This document shows, piece by piece, positions 29,081-36,591 of a DNA stretch of 64,000 nucleotides. Position numbers and translations under genes: made by a program. A model generated the notes under the pieces. It was not told the origin of the DNA, did not search any database, and was given only the letters and a program-made list of their open reading frames with translations. Source of the stretch: Methanobacteriota archaeon (GTDB lineage Archaea > Thermoplasmatota > Poseidoniia > Poseidoniales > Poseidoniaceae); NCBI GenBank assembly GCA_002722615.1, contig PBMQ01000036.1, positions 3,207 through 67,206 on the forward strand, written 5' to 3'. Each line of letters begins with the position of its first letter. The first letter of the stretch is position 1.

Positions 29081-30715
29081 TCAAACCGCAGCGGTTGGAG
29101 ATAAAATCCAGTTTCCTGAGGGGCCCTTTCGCAAGGCGAGAGTGCCTTGTGTTCCATCTGCGAAAACAAGGTTATGGTGAAGTTGTTCGGCATCGGTTTC
29201 AGTGAAATCGGCCCGTTGGTGTAGGCCTCTTGATTCGGTTCGAAGAGATGCTGATTGGACGTATGCCTGTGCCATTCGAATAGCTGCTTGGGTGCGGAGA
29301 ATCTCCAGCAAATTTTGGTTGGCAATCAATGAGGTTTGGTCGGAATAGAGTTGCTCCCCCTTAACAGAGAGTTGATCAAGCATTTCTGCTGCATTATCAT
29401 AATCCGCGGCCACCGTAGCAGGAGACTGAAGCGAAACAAGAATCTCTTTGAGGCGAGTGAGCAAAGGATTCAATCGTTGAACAGGCCCTTCAGATTCTCC
29501 TCCAAGCATGCTGAGTTCGGCTTCCGCAAGCCCATGTGCTTCTTCAAGAGCGGTTGCGGCAGTGAATTTTCGGGATCCTATCCAGCCAGCAGCATGCATT
29601 CCAGCAGCATCACTAACGGCTAGTGCGTCAAGTAGTCGGTTACCTCCCAACACATCGGCACCGTGGAATCCGCTTGATGAAGCGGAACCTGCAGCGTAAA
29701 GCCCAGTAAACCATCGAGCCCACGATTGAAGAACAACTCGACCGTGTTCATCGACAGGCAATCCTCCAATGGTGTGGGCAGGAACTGGTGCAACTTCGAC
29801 GGTTTGTCGGTTCATGTCGATGCCTGTTCGTTGCTTGATGTTGTCAAACATCACGGACCACCAGGCAGCATGTTCACCAAGATTTCGAGCATCGAGAACT
29901 GTCATTCCTGCTTCGTGCATCTTTGCACAAATTTCGGAAGTTGGAGTGGTTGCATTCGTCTCTAATGGAGTTCCTGAAGGTGTGTGAAGCGTTGCACCAT
30001 CAGAGAGAATTGATTGTGGGATAATGAGGTTCGTTCCGACTACGCCTAGAGGGGTTTCTGCTATGAACTCCATATTCCTCAACGGTGCTCCAGCACGATA
30101 TGCGAGATCCATTCCAAGAGAGGATGGTCCGTTGGTAAACGCTCCTTCGAAGCCTCCGTCGGCGATGATAAGTGCTTTGCATTGGATTGAAAGAATTCGC
30201 CCGTTGAGCATATCGATTGCAACCAATCCATTCACAGAATAATCCGTGTGAACCAACTCAAGTGGAATCTGATCGCCACGGCGAGTTACGCCATGCTTCA
30301 TGCACTGTTCTTCCAGAACTTGTTGGAATTCTTGGGTAGTAGCATCTCCTGCATTGCACAGGCGAGGTTTTGAATGTCCTGAGGCGTAATGGCCCTTCAC
30401 GATTCCTTTTGCGTCGCGACGGAAGTTCACGCCACGGCGTTCGAGGAGATCGACGATTCGGAGTGCTTTTGTCGTGTGATGTGCCACGATATCTTGGTCA
30501 CAAAGGAAGCCTCCCATTTTGATGGTGTCTTCTCTGTGTCCCCTGTTGCTCTCTTCTTGAACATGGCAAGCTATACCATCCATTGCCTCAATTCCGGCAT
30601 CGCCAAGACCTGAAGAACTCATCATGAGAACGCTTGCACCATCCTTCGATGCTTGTGCAGCAGCAGACAATGCTGCTGGGCCATCTCCTAGAATCACGAC
30701 GTCCCATGCTTCCAT
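29081..30715 (-). CDS. FAD-dependent oxidoreductase, succinate dehydrogenase/fumarate reductase flavoprotein / L-aspartate oxidase family
   Basis: 'WDVVILGDGPAALSAAAQA' (dinucleotide fold), 'HREDTIKMGGFLCDQDIV', 'AHTIGGLPVD', 'SSSGFHGADVLGGNRLLD', 'ESRGLHQRADF'. 544 aa from ATG 30715. No SdhB/C/D nearby, so NadB-like is as likely as SdhA. Confidence 0.75.
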   Translation of the reverse strand: MEAWDVVILGDGPAALSAAAQASKDGASVLMMSSSGLGDAGIEAMDGIACHVQEESNRGHREDTIKMGGFLCDQDIVAHHTTKALRIVDLLERRGVNFRRDAKGIVKGHYASGHSKPRLCNAGDATTQEFQQVLEEQCMKHGVTRRGDQIPLELVHTDYSVNGLVAIDMLNGRILSIQCKALIIADGGFEGAFTNGPSSLGMDLAYRAGAPLRNMEFIAETPLGVVGTNLIIPQSILSDGATLHTPSGTPLETNATTPTSEICAKMHEAGMTVLDARNLGEHAAWWSVMFDNIKQRTGIDMNRQTVEVAPVPAHTIGGLPVDEHGRVVLQSWARWFTGLYAAGSASSSGFHGADVLGGNRLLDALAVSDAAGMHAAGWIGSRKFTAATALEEAHGLAEAELSMLGGESEGPVQRLNPLLTRLKEILVSLQSPATVAADYDNAAEMLDQLSVKGEQLYSDQTSLIANQNLLEILRTQAAIRMAQAYVQSASLRTESRGLHQRADFTETDAEQLHHNLVFADGTQGTLALRKGPSGNWILSPTAAV

Positions 30716-30785
30716 ACCATTACCCCGGTAACCTAAGCGAAGCAAAACCCCGCAATAAGCAAAGCGCTTATTCCGCTTCAAATGG

Positions 30786-32327
30786 TTAACTCGTTGAGGC
30801 AGGGATGTCGAGTTCAGAAAAGCGTCGAACACGTAGCAATTGACGGATTCTTTCAGTCCTTTGACGGCTCTCCTTAGGGAGTACATTTGTTCGCACGATT
30901 CTCGAGCCAAGGACAACTTCGTCATCGTCTCTAAGCGTAACCTGAACTTGCGCATCGCCCTTGAAACTTCGATCCCATGCAACGTTGACCCAAAGAACCA
31001 CAGTTCGCTCAAGATAACGCGGAAGCCAACTTAACACATCGTCTTCAGATGGGTTTGTCAATTCAATGGCCTTGAGAGGTGGCGGGCAGGGTGCAAGTTC
31101 GAAACGATGGTCAATCGATTGTGGTTCACCACCCGGGACTTGGACTTCGACACGGACGTGAGTTGTATCAAAGGTTTGGTTGTTAAGGGCGATAAAGAGA
31201 CTGCCTGAGCCATCGTAGCATGTTGAGTCGAGAGAGATATCCATTCTCCAAGGTGAGAGGAGGATTTCTGGAGCGCCTGAAAGAAAATCATTCTGGAGGC
31301 GTTCGAACAATCGGAATGCCCCTGGTTGCCATGCTCGCGCATGCTCAAGGGCGCGCTGAAGTGTACGCCAATTGAAAAATTCCTCTTCTGAAAGAAGCGA
31401 CCGGTCAATGGCATCAGGGGACATGAAATCACGTAATGAGTCGAGGACAGTTTGATCAGGTATGATGTCGGTTGCATTTAGGTGAAGCAAGAACAGGAGG
31501 CGTTCTCTTGCTTGGATTGGGTCAGTCCCAGGCAGGATGGTTTGATGGAAGCGTTGTTCCCACTCTGACCATTCGATTTGTGAATCCGGATCGAGGTGAG
31601 ATTGAAGCAGTTGCCCGAGCGGTGAACCCAATTGAGTTGGGTGGTGGGTCGGAGCATAATGAATTAGAAGCGGCATTGAATCAGCCTGTAAACGAATGTA
31701 GTATGTGGTCAAGATAGAATGGATGCTCAATCCGATTCCAGATGTCATCGAAATAAGCAACAACAAGTTCCACGCTACAGAACGGGGTGTAATGAGCATG
31801 GAAAGACAAAGAAGCGTTAGGGATGTTGTCGCTAAAAATGCACTAATGTTGTTTTGTCTTCTGCCATCTCGCAGACCTTCCAGGACTCTGTCCATGCCCG
31901 GTTGCGAACGTAAGGTGTGTCTTTTCCCATCCCCAAATCCCCCTTGTTCACGAAGCGATATTTTCGCCTCAACTGCAGACCATGTCGCTTCGCTTCCTGC
32001 GATGGGTGGTGTGAATGCTGCCAATACGGGAATCAACCAAATTGCTAGGATAAACATCGGTGAAGTGTACGGTAAAATGGATGAATCGATAACGAGAAGG
32101 ACGGCTGTTGTTGCAATTCCAAAGCCGACGACATTCCGGAATGCAAGGAAGAATGTGTTGTTGGCTATTCGGCCGCTTTTCATTCGGAAGCGCTCGCTTT
32201 TTTCCCAGGCTTCCCGTGTGCGTTCTAAGGGATCTTCGTTTCGAGCAAAGCCATGACCGTACGGATCGGGCAAGGATTTGATGGTCCTACGCGTTCGAGC
32301 AACAATGGATTCTTCCTCGGGCTCCAT
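30786..32327 (-). CDS. polytopic membrane protein, function unknown
   Basis: 513 aa. N-terminal half has ~5 TM helices; C-terminal ~270 aa look soluble. No recognisable motif. ATG 32327 lies inside the TTG-initiated ORF. Confidence 0.45.
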   Translation of the reverse strand: MEPEEESIVARTRRTIKSLPDPYGHGFARNEDPLERTREAWEKSERFRMKSGRIANNTFFLAFRNVVGFGIATTAVLLVIDSSILPYTSPMFILAIWLIPVLAAFTPPIAGSEATWSAVEAKISLREQGGFGDGKRHTLRSQPGMDRVLEGLRDGRRQNNISAFLATTSLTLLCLSMLITPRSVAWNLLLLISMTSGIGLSIHSILTTYYIRLQADSMPLLIHYAPTHHPTQLGSPLGQLLQSHLDPDSQIEWSEWEQRFHQTILPGTDPIQARERLLFLLHLNATDIIPDQTVLDSLRDFMSPDAIDRSLLSEEEFFNWRTLQRALEHARAWQPGAFRLFERLQNDFLSGAPEILLSPWRMDISLDSTCYDGSGSLFIALNNQTFDTTHVRVEVQVPGGEPQSIDHRFELAPCPPPLKAIELTNPSEDDVLSWLPRYLERTVVLWVNVAWDRSFKGDAQVQVTLRDDDEVVLGSRIVRTNVLPKESRQRTERIRQLLRVRRFSELDIPASTS

Positions 32328-32397
32328 CTCACTCAACTCGACTATGTGTAGCCCACATATGTCTTCTTCGCTTGCTCCACAATCAAACCAAGCAATT

Positions 32398-32474
32398 TGG
32401 CGGGCGTGGCAGGATTCGAACCCGCGATCTTCGGCTTAGGAGGCCGATGCATTATCCAGCTGTGCTACACGCCC
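32398..32474 (-). tRNA. tRNA-Arg (anticodon CCU), 3' CCA encoded
   Basis: Hand-folded cloverleaf. Acceptor GGGCGTG/CACGCCC; anticodon stem TCGGC/GCCGA with loop CTCCTAA (U33, CCU, A37); T-arm GCGGG-TTCGAAT-CCTGC; discriminator G followed by CCA. Confidence 0.85.
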
Positions 32475-32505
32475 AGCGATGCCAAAACGCCACCTATCAA
32501 GGAGG

Positions 32506-33639
32506 TTACTGTTGCTTCATTGCGGCAAATTCATGCAACAATTGCTCGATTTGTATTCGCCCCTGAGAGGAGCGTCGCAGACGTACATCGCAATCCGATA
32601 ACGCACTGAGTGCGAGGGTCAATTGATTCTCTGGCAAGTTGAGCCTGCCGCCCGTGAGGACTTGATGCACCTGCTCAACAACATCCTCTGCTTCGAGACT
32701 CTGTTTGGAGATAATCTCGTCATAGATCCCTAACGCACCTTTGAGTTTCCTAGCATTCTTGTAACCGTCTTTCTCCCATCGCCATTCAACGACTTGGCCT
32801 CGCAGTGCGGCCTCTATCATACGTTGCACTTCATTGGTTGAAATCATAGTAAGGAGACGGTGAAGGTTTTCTCTCTGTCCGAGTAGTTCTCGTAAAGCAA
32901 GTACTTCTGTTGTGAAAATAGCCTTTCTGAGATTTCCTTCTGAAATGTGTGCTATGTCTCCCAGAATTCCGCGAACTGGTTCAATACCTTCCGCTGAGCA
33001 AAGTTCTGCGAGTCTGGATTCTATTCGTTTCCTGGGAATTCCTGTCAACCGTATGTGTTGCGTCCGACTACGAAGTGCATCGATCAATCGCGAAGGTGTT
33101 TGTGCAGTGAAAATGAAACGGGAGGTCTGACTTGTTGCCTCCATCATCCTTCGCAAGAGAGGTTGCCGTTTGTGGCCGAGATAATCCGCATCCTCAATAA
33201 CGATGATTCGTGATATGTGGGCCTCAGTTTGCGTTCCACGTTGAGATTCGTGTCCTGCGGGGGCAATATCATCGTCCGATACTTGGGAGAATGTTGAGTC
33301 GAATGCATCGAGTGATGTTCGACTGGCTAGAGTATCGCTTGAATTCTTACCGCCCGGTCGCAGAAATGCTTCGAAGGCAGCCATTGCACCCGCTGACTTT
33401 GCGAGATCTTTTGCTTGCAACACGTGGGTTGTTGAACGCCATGATGGGCCGAGTACTTGGCGAACGATAAGGTTCCAAGTAGCGGTCTTACCCGAACCAG
33501 GTGGCCCCGATATCAACAGGTGAGGGGGGTTGGCTTGTAGAGCTACGCGCTGTATGGTATCAATTGTTGATTCTTCGAGAGCTAAGTCTGAGAAACGGCG
33601 TGGTGGATACGACTCAAGCCAACTCGCCATGCTAACCAA
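32506..33639 (-). CDS. rfc: replication factor C (clamp loader) small-subunit-like AAA+ ATPase, divergent
   Basis: Walker A 'SGPPGSGKT', Walker B region 'IIVIEDADYL', 'LLRRMMEATSQTSRFIFTAQT', 'LRSRTQHIRL' (SRC-box position reads SRT). A ~50-aa Ser/Asp-rich insertion lies between Walker A and B. Confidence 0.7.
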   Translation of the reverse strand: MVSMASWLESYPPRRFSDLALEESTIDTIQRVALQANPPHLLISGPPGSGKTATWNLIVRQVLGPSWRSTTHVLQAKDLAKSAGAMAAFEAFLRPGGKNSSDTLASRTSLDAFDSTFSQVSDDDIAPAGHESQRGTQTEAHISRIIVIEDADYLGHKRQPLLRRMMEATSQTSRFIFTAQTPSRLIDALRSRTQHIRLTGIPRKRIESRLAELCSAEGIEPVRGILGDIAHISEGNLRKAIFTTEVLALRELLGQRENLHRLLTMISTNEVQRMIEAALRGQVVEWRWEKDGYKNARKLKGALGIYDEIISKQSLEAEDVVEQVHQVLTGGRLNLPENQLTLALSALSDCDVRLRRSSQGRIQIEQLLHEFAAMKQQ

Positions 33640-33673
33640 TCAGCGACAAAGGTCTTTGACCATTTGTGTGAAT

Positions 33674-33835
33674 TCACTCTGCCTTGAGCGTCTTCTTCTT
33701 TCGGTCTCCGCTGCTACGGCGGAGTTTCATGAAGATCTTTGATCCACAATGACTGCAGTGGATTCCGTTTCGCTCACGGTCAAAGCTTTCGTGGGTGCCA
33801 CAAAGCGCACACTTGTAGTCTACAAGTTCCGACAT
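33674..33835 (-). CDS. rpoP: DNA-directed RNA polymerase subunit P (Rpo12/RpoP zinc ribbon)
   Basis: 53 aa from ATG 33835. 'YKCALCG...IHCSHCGSKIFMKLR' is the CxxC...CxxC zinc ribbon with the basic tail typical of RpoP. Confidence 0.7.
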   Translation of the reverse strand: MSELVDYKCALCGTHESFDRERNGIHCSHCGSKIFMKLRRSSGDRKKKTLKAE

Positions 33836-33887
33836 AGCCAAACCGACCGACCCATTGGTTTTGAACCTGTCCGTTAAAATTCGGAAC

Positions 33888-34508
33888 TCAAAGGCCGCCA
33901 ACAAGCGGTCGTGTCATGCGAATCTCGGTAGCTTGTGCAAGGTCCGTTTCTGCAATGGCGTTTGCATCAACCATCTGACCGTCAACGAAAACCCAGTTGT
34001 TGGCTTCCTTGGCACTTGTTGTGATTTCTTCCTTGGTCATTTCGCAGACTGAGTGTCCTGAAGCGTCTGTAATCTGAACCGTGAAGGTTTCAGATCCGCC
34101 CACAATGGACGGAACCAGTCGCAGGACGTTGTCTTGGCTGAGTTCGGTGTTTTCAATGGTGGCTGCATCAACCATTTGGCCATCAACAAAGAGCCAGTTG
34201 CCCCGGTTGTTTGTCAACTCGCCTGTAAGTTCTTGCTTCGTCATAAGCATGGCTTGGTCGCCTTTTTCGCTTGCTACAAGTACGGTGAAGGTTTCAACAC
34301 CTCCAACCATTCCTGGGTTGATACGAATCTCGGTTGCATCGTTCAAATCGATGGTTTCGAGTTCTTGTGCATTGACCATTTGTGAATCCACAAAGACCCA
34401 TGTGTTTTCGTTTGCTGACACCGTGTCTACGATGTCTTGACGGGTCATGGCAACTTGCTCATGGCCGGTCTCTTTGGCTACGTGAACTGTAAATATCTTG
34501 TCTGACAT
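33888..34508 (-). CDS. triple tandem ThiS/MoaD/SAMP-like beta-grasp protein, each unit ending in Gly-Gly (poly-ubiquitin-like precursor architecture)
   Basis: 206 aa from ATG 34508. Unit 1 (aa 1-70) ends ...INPGMVGG; unit 2 (71-138) ends ...LVPSIVGG; unit 3 (139-205) ends ...MTRPLVGG, followed by Leu and stop. Conserved 'TFTV', 'MTKxE', 'NWxFVDGQMVDA', 'RxxPxxVGG'. Confidence 0.7.
   Translation of the reverse strand: MSDKIFTVHVAKETGHEQVAMTRQDIVDTVSANENTWVFVDSQMVNAQELETIDLNDATEIRINPGMVGGVETFTVLVASEKGDQAMLMTKQELTGELTNNRGNWLFVDGQMVDAATIENTELSQDNVLRLVPSIVGGSETFTVQITDASGHSVCEMTKEEITTSAKEANNWVFVDGQMVDANAIAETDLAQATEIRMTRPLVGGL
33891..34508 (-). repeat. in-frame tandem triplication, 3 x ~204-210 nt (units ~34299-34508, 34095-34298, 33891-34094)
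   Basis: Units share ~40-45% aa identity by eye. The DNA copies are clearly diverged, so this is an old duplication and not an assembly artefact. Confidence 0.8.
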
Positions 34509-34540
34509 TGTTCTTCCTCGCAATCTTTGAATTTCCACAG

Positions 34541-34548
34541 TATATTAA
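34541..34548. promoter_or_regulatory. TATA-box-like element (TATATTAA) in the short divergent spacer between the triple-Ubl gene and guaA-A
   Basis: Only A/T-rich octamer between ATG 34508 (minus) and ATG 34565/34598 (plus). About 33 nt from the minus-strand ATG and about 50 nt from ATG 34598. Confidence 0.3.
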
Positions 34549-34597
34549 TCGCGACAAAGTCGGCATGTTCAAGGATGTTCTCGATGCAAGGAATTTC

Positions 34598-35191
34598 ATG
34601 GGCGAGGATACACCTCTTGTCATCGATGTTGTTGACAACGGCGGACAGTGGACACATCGTGAATGGAGGATGTTGAAGTATCTTAAAGTCGACACTCAAA
34701 TTATCACGAACGACACCCCTGTCGATCAACTGCGAGAACTTGATGGTCTCATTCTCTCAGGCGGTGCAGCTCGTATCGGTCTTTCCGGTGAATTGGGGAA
34801 TTGTGCTGAATTCCTCAAACTCGATGTTCCAATCCTCGGTATCTGTGCAGGCCATCAGTTCATGGCACGATTCTACGGAGGGGATGCAAGAGAATCCCCT
34901 ATCCCAGAGTTTGGAGCAATGGAAATAGAGCTTCACGATGGAGGTGGCAAAATCTTTGCCGGAACTTCTGAAACACAAACAGTATGGGAGTCGCACAACG
35001 ATGAGGTACATGTTGTGCCTGAGGGATTCTTCATCACTGCAAGTAGTCCTTCGTGTGAAGTCCAAGGCATGGAGAATGAAGACGGTGATCGGTTTGGGTT
35101 GCAATTTCATCCAGAAGTCAACGATTCGGAATTCGGAAAGGAGATGTTCGAAAACTTCGTTGGAGTGTGCCGGCAAGCCCGAAAAAACTAG
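34598..35191 (+). CDS. guaA: GMP synthase [glutamine-hydrolysing] subunit A (class I glutamine amidotransferase)
   Basis: 'LVIDVVDNGGQWTHREWRML', catalytic 'PILGICAGHQFM' and 'GLQFHPEV'. 197 aa, the size of archaeal split GuaA-A. An alternative ATG lies at 34565. Confidence 0.8.
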   Translation: MGEDTPLVIDVVDNGGQWTHREWRMLKYLKVDTQIITNDTPVDQLRELDGLILSGGAARIGLSGELGNCAEFLKLDVPILGICAGHQFMARFYGGDARESPIPEFGAMEIELHDGGGKIFAGTSETQTVWESHNDEVHVVPEGFFITASSPSCEVQGMENEDGDRFGLQFHPEVNDSEFGKEMFENFVGVCRQARKN

Positions 35192-36525
35192 ATCTTGAGA
35201 TTCGCTTGTCGAGCAAGAATCAAGATATGCATTGAATGTTCAAGCATTGCTGCGTTGGCCATTGCTTGGTCGAGATTTGCTCCGACTGCGTATGCTCCAT
35301 GCCCTCGGACGACAACGCAGCGCATTCCTCCTTGCTGCAGTGCTTCTGCAACTTGACGTAGGAATTCCTCTTGAGCATCATCATCTGGATCGACAATGAC
35401 GACTTTGCCAATGTGTTCTTTCCCAAGGACATCAATGGGTTGAACGAGAATCAAATCTTTCTCACAACTTGCTGCGGTTGTATATGGCCCTTGCATATGA
35501 ATACATGCTGCTGGACCTCCAGTCACTAAGGCAACTGAAGCCAAGAGTACTTCGTGAATTTTCCACTCGCTAATGGCTCCGCGTGGAGGATTTCCACCAA
35601 GGCGGCCACCGACGATTCCTCGTTCATCGAGACGGCTAAGCATTGTGGAATGGCGGGTGCTGATCATCATTCCTGGTTCATCTGGATGGAGCATGGAAAT
35701 GGCCCCCATTGTTCCTTTGATCAAGGATTCTCGGCTGAGTTGCCGCCCCATTCGAGCGAAGTCTGCAACCATATGTGAAGGGACAACAATATCTTCGAGT
35801 ACTACTGGAGGAAGAGGTGCTTCCTCTATCTCTTCGATAACCTCAACAGCACCTACAAGGCCACCACGAAGGCGTTCGATTTCTGCCGTTAGCCGGGCAA
35901 TTTCCATCGCTTGATCTACATCGACAGGTGGTAATTCTTCAGCAGATTCCTCTGTAAGAGTCTCTTGTGGTTCTTCAGTGACTACAGGCTCAGATTCTTC
36001 TTCTTGCTCTGGTTCGGTTTCTGCTACCTCTTCAATCTGTTCAGGTTCATCCCCTTCAGGTTCTGCGGGGGCTTCTTCAACAACCGGTTCAGAAGCTTCC
36101 TCTTCGACAATGGGATTTTCATCATTGAAAGATTCAGGTTCTACAGTCGCTTCTTCGATTTCTTGGGGGGCTGGTTCCGCTGACTCTTCTTCTGTGGAGA
36201 GTTCTTCCGTACTTGATTCAGATGGGGGTTCCGAAGGTGGTTTCCCAGGGGGACCTGACGGCGGCCCGGTTGGGGGACCTGAGGGGGGTCCTGTTGGGGG
36301 TCCTGTTGGGGGTTTGCTCGGAGGCCCTGTTGGTGGGCCTGTTGGGGGTTTGCTCGGAGGCCCTGTTGGTGGTCCTGGGGGTGTTGCAGGAGGATTTGAT
36401 GGGGTGGGCGGCGGTGATGTTTCGATACCTTCCATTGCACCAAATGCTCCGTCGAGCATGGAGCCAAGTGTGGCTTCTTCTGCTTGTTCTCTGGCCTCTT
36501 CTGCAGAAGTCTTCTTGGTCGCCAT
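35188..36525 (-). CDS. class II aldolase/adducin-head-domain protein with Pro-rich repeat and acidic N-terminal extension
   Basis: C-terminal ~210 aa: 'GAISMLHPDEPGMMISTRHS', 'AISEWKIHEVL', 'ACIHMQGPYTTAAS', 'VVVRGHGAYAVGANLDQAMANAAMLEHS'. N-terminus has PPTGPPSK-type repeats (aa 38-102) followed by a ~110-aa acidic stretch (E-rich, with abundant P, T, V, A). Confidence 0.7.
   Translation of the reverse strand: MATKKTSAEEAREQAEEATLGSMLDGAFGAMEGIETSPPPTPSNPPATPPGPPTGPPSKPPTGPPTGPPSKPPTGPPTGPPSGPPTGPPSGPPGKPPSEPPSESSTEELSTEEESAEPAPQEIEEATVEPESFNDENPIVEEEASEPVVEEAPAEPEGDEPEQIEEVAETEPEQEEESEPVVTEEPQETLTEESAEELPPVDVDQAMEIARLTAEIERLRGGLVGAVEVIEEIEEAPLPPVVLEDIVVPSHMVADFARMGRQLSRESLIKGTMGAISMLHPDEPGMMISTRHSTMLSRLDERGIVGGRLGGNPPRGAISEWKIHEVLLASVALVTGGPAACIHMQGPYTTAASCEKDLILVQPIDVLGKEHIGKVVIVDPDDDAQEEFLRQVAEALQQGGMRCVVVRGHGAYAVGANLDQAMANAAMLEHSMHILILARQANLKI
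36220..36414 (-). repeat. coding low-complexity tandem repeat (PPxGPPxx)n
   Basis: 'PPATPPGPPTGPPSKPPTGPPTGPPSKPPTGPPTGPPSGPPTGPPSGPPGKPPSEPP'. The DNA shows reiterated GGGGGTCCTGTTGG/GGAGGCCCTGTTGG units. Confidence 0.85.
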
Positions 36526-36555
36526 GCCCGTCCCTGACTACGCCATACCTAGCGG

Positions 36556-36563
36556 CTTAAATA
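36556..36563. promoter_or_regulatory. TATA-box-like element (CTTAAATA / TATTTAAG) between the divergent aldolase-like gene and tRNA-Asp
   Basis: Centre is ~32 nt upstream of the mature tRNA 5' end (36592) and ~35 nt upstream of the minus-strand ATG (36525). Near-palindromic, so it could serve both directions. Confidence 0.45.
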
Positions 36564-36591
36564 GCGGTTCCGCTACGGCAGGATGTTTACG

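Noticed and set aside
28621-31012. Long N-terminal extensions in track ORFs (28621-29325, 29081-31012; also 3350-4282, 10144-11124, 44095-45489, 56962-57360, 33674-33904)
   Set aside because: The extensions overlap the upstream or divergent gene, contain no family motifs, and an internal ATG sits immediately before the conserved N-terminal motif. Starts were trimmed accordingly.
31705-32256. 183-aa plus-strand ORF inside the 30786-32327 membrane-protein gene. Similar shadow ORFs occur at 11771-12280, 42621-43163, 43479-44042, 49962-50579, 55654-56166, 24166-24660 and 25660-26016.
   Set aside because: All lie wholly inside longer ORFs that carry clear family motifs or coherent TM architecture. 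Their translations are Ser/Arg/Cys-rich, typical of off-frame or antisense reading. Treated as non-coding shadows.
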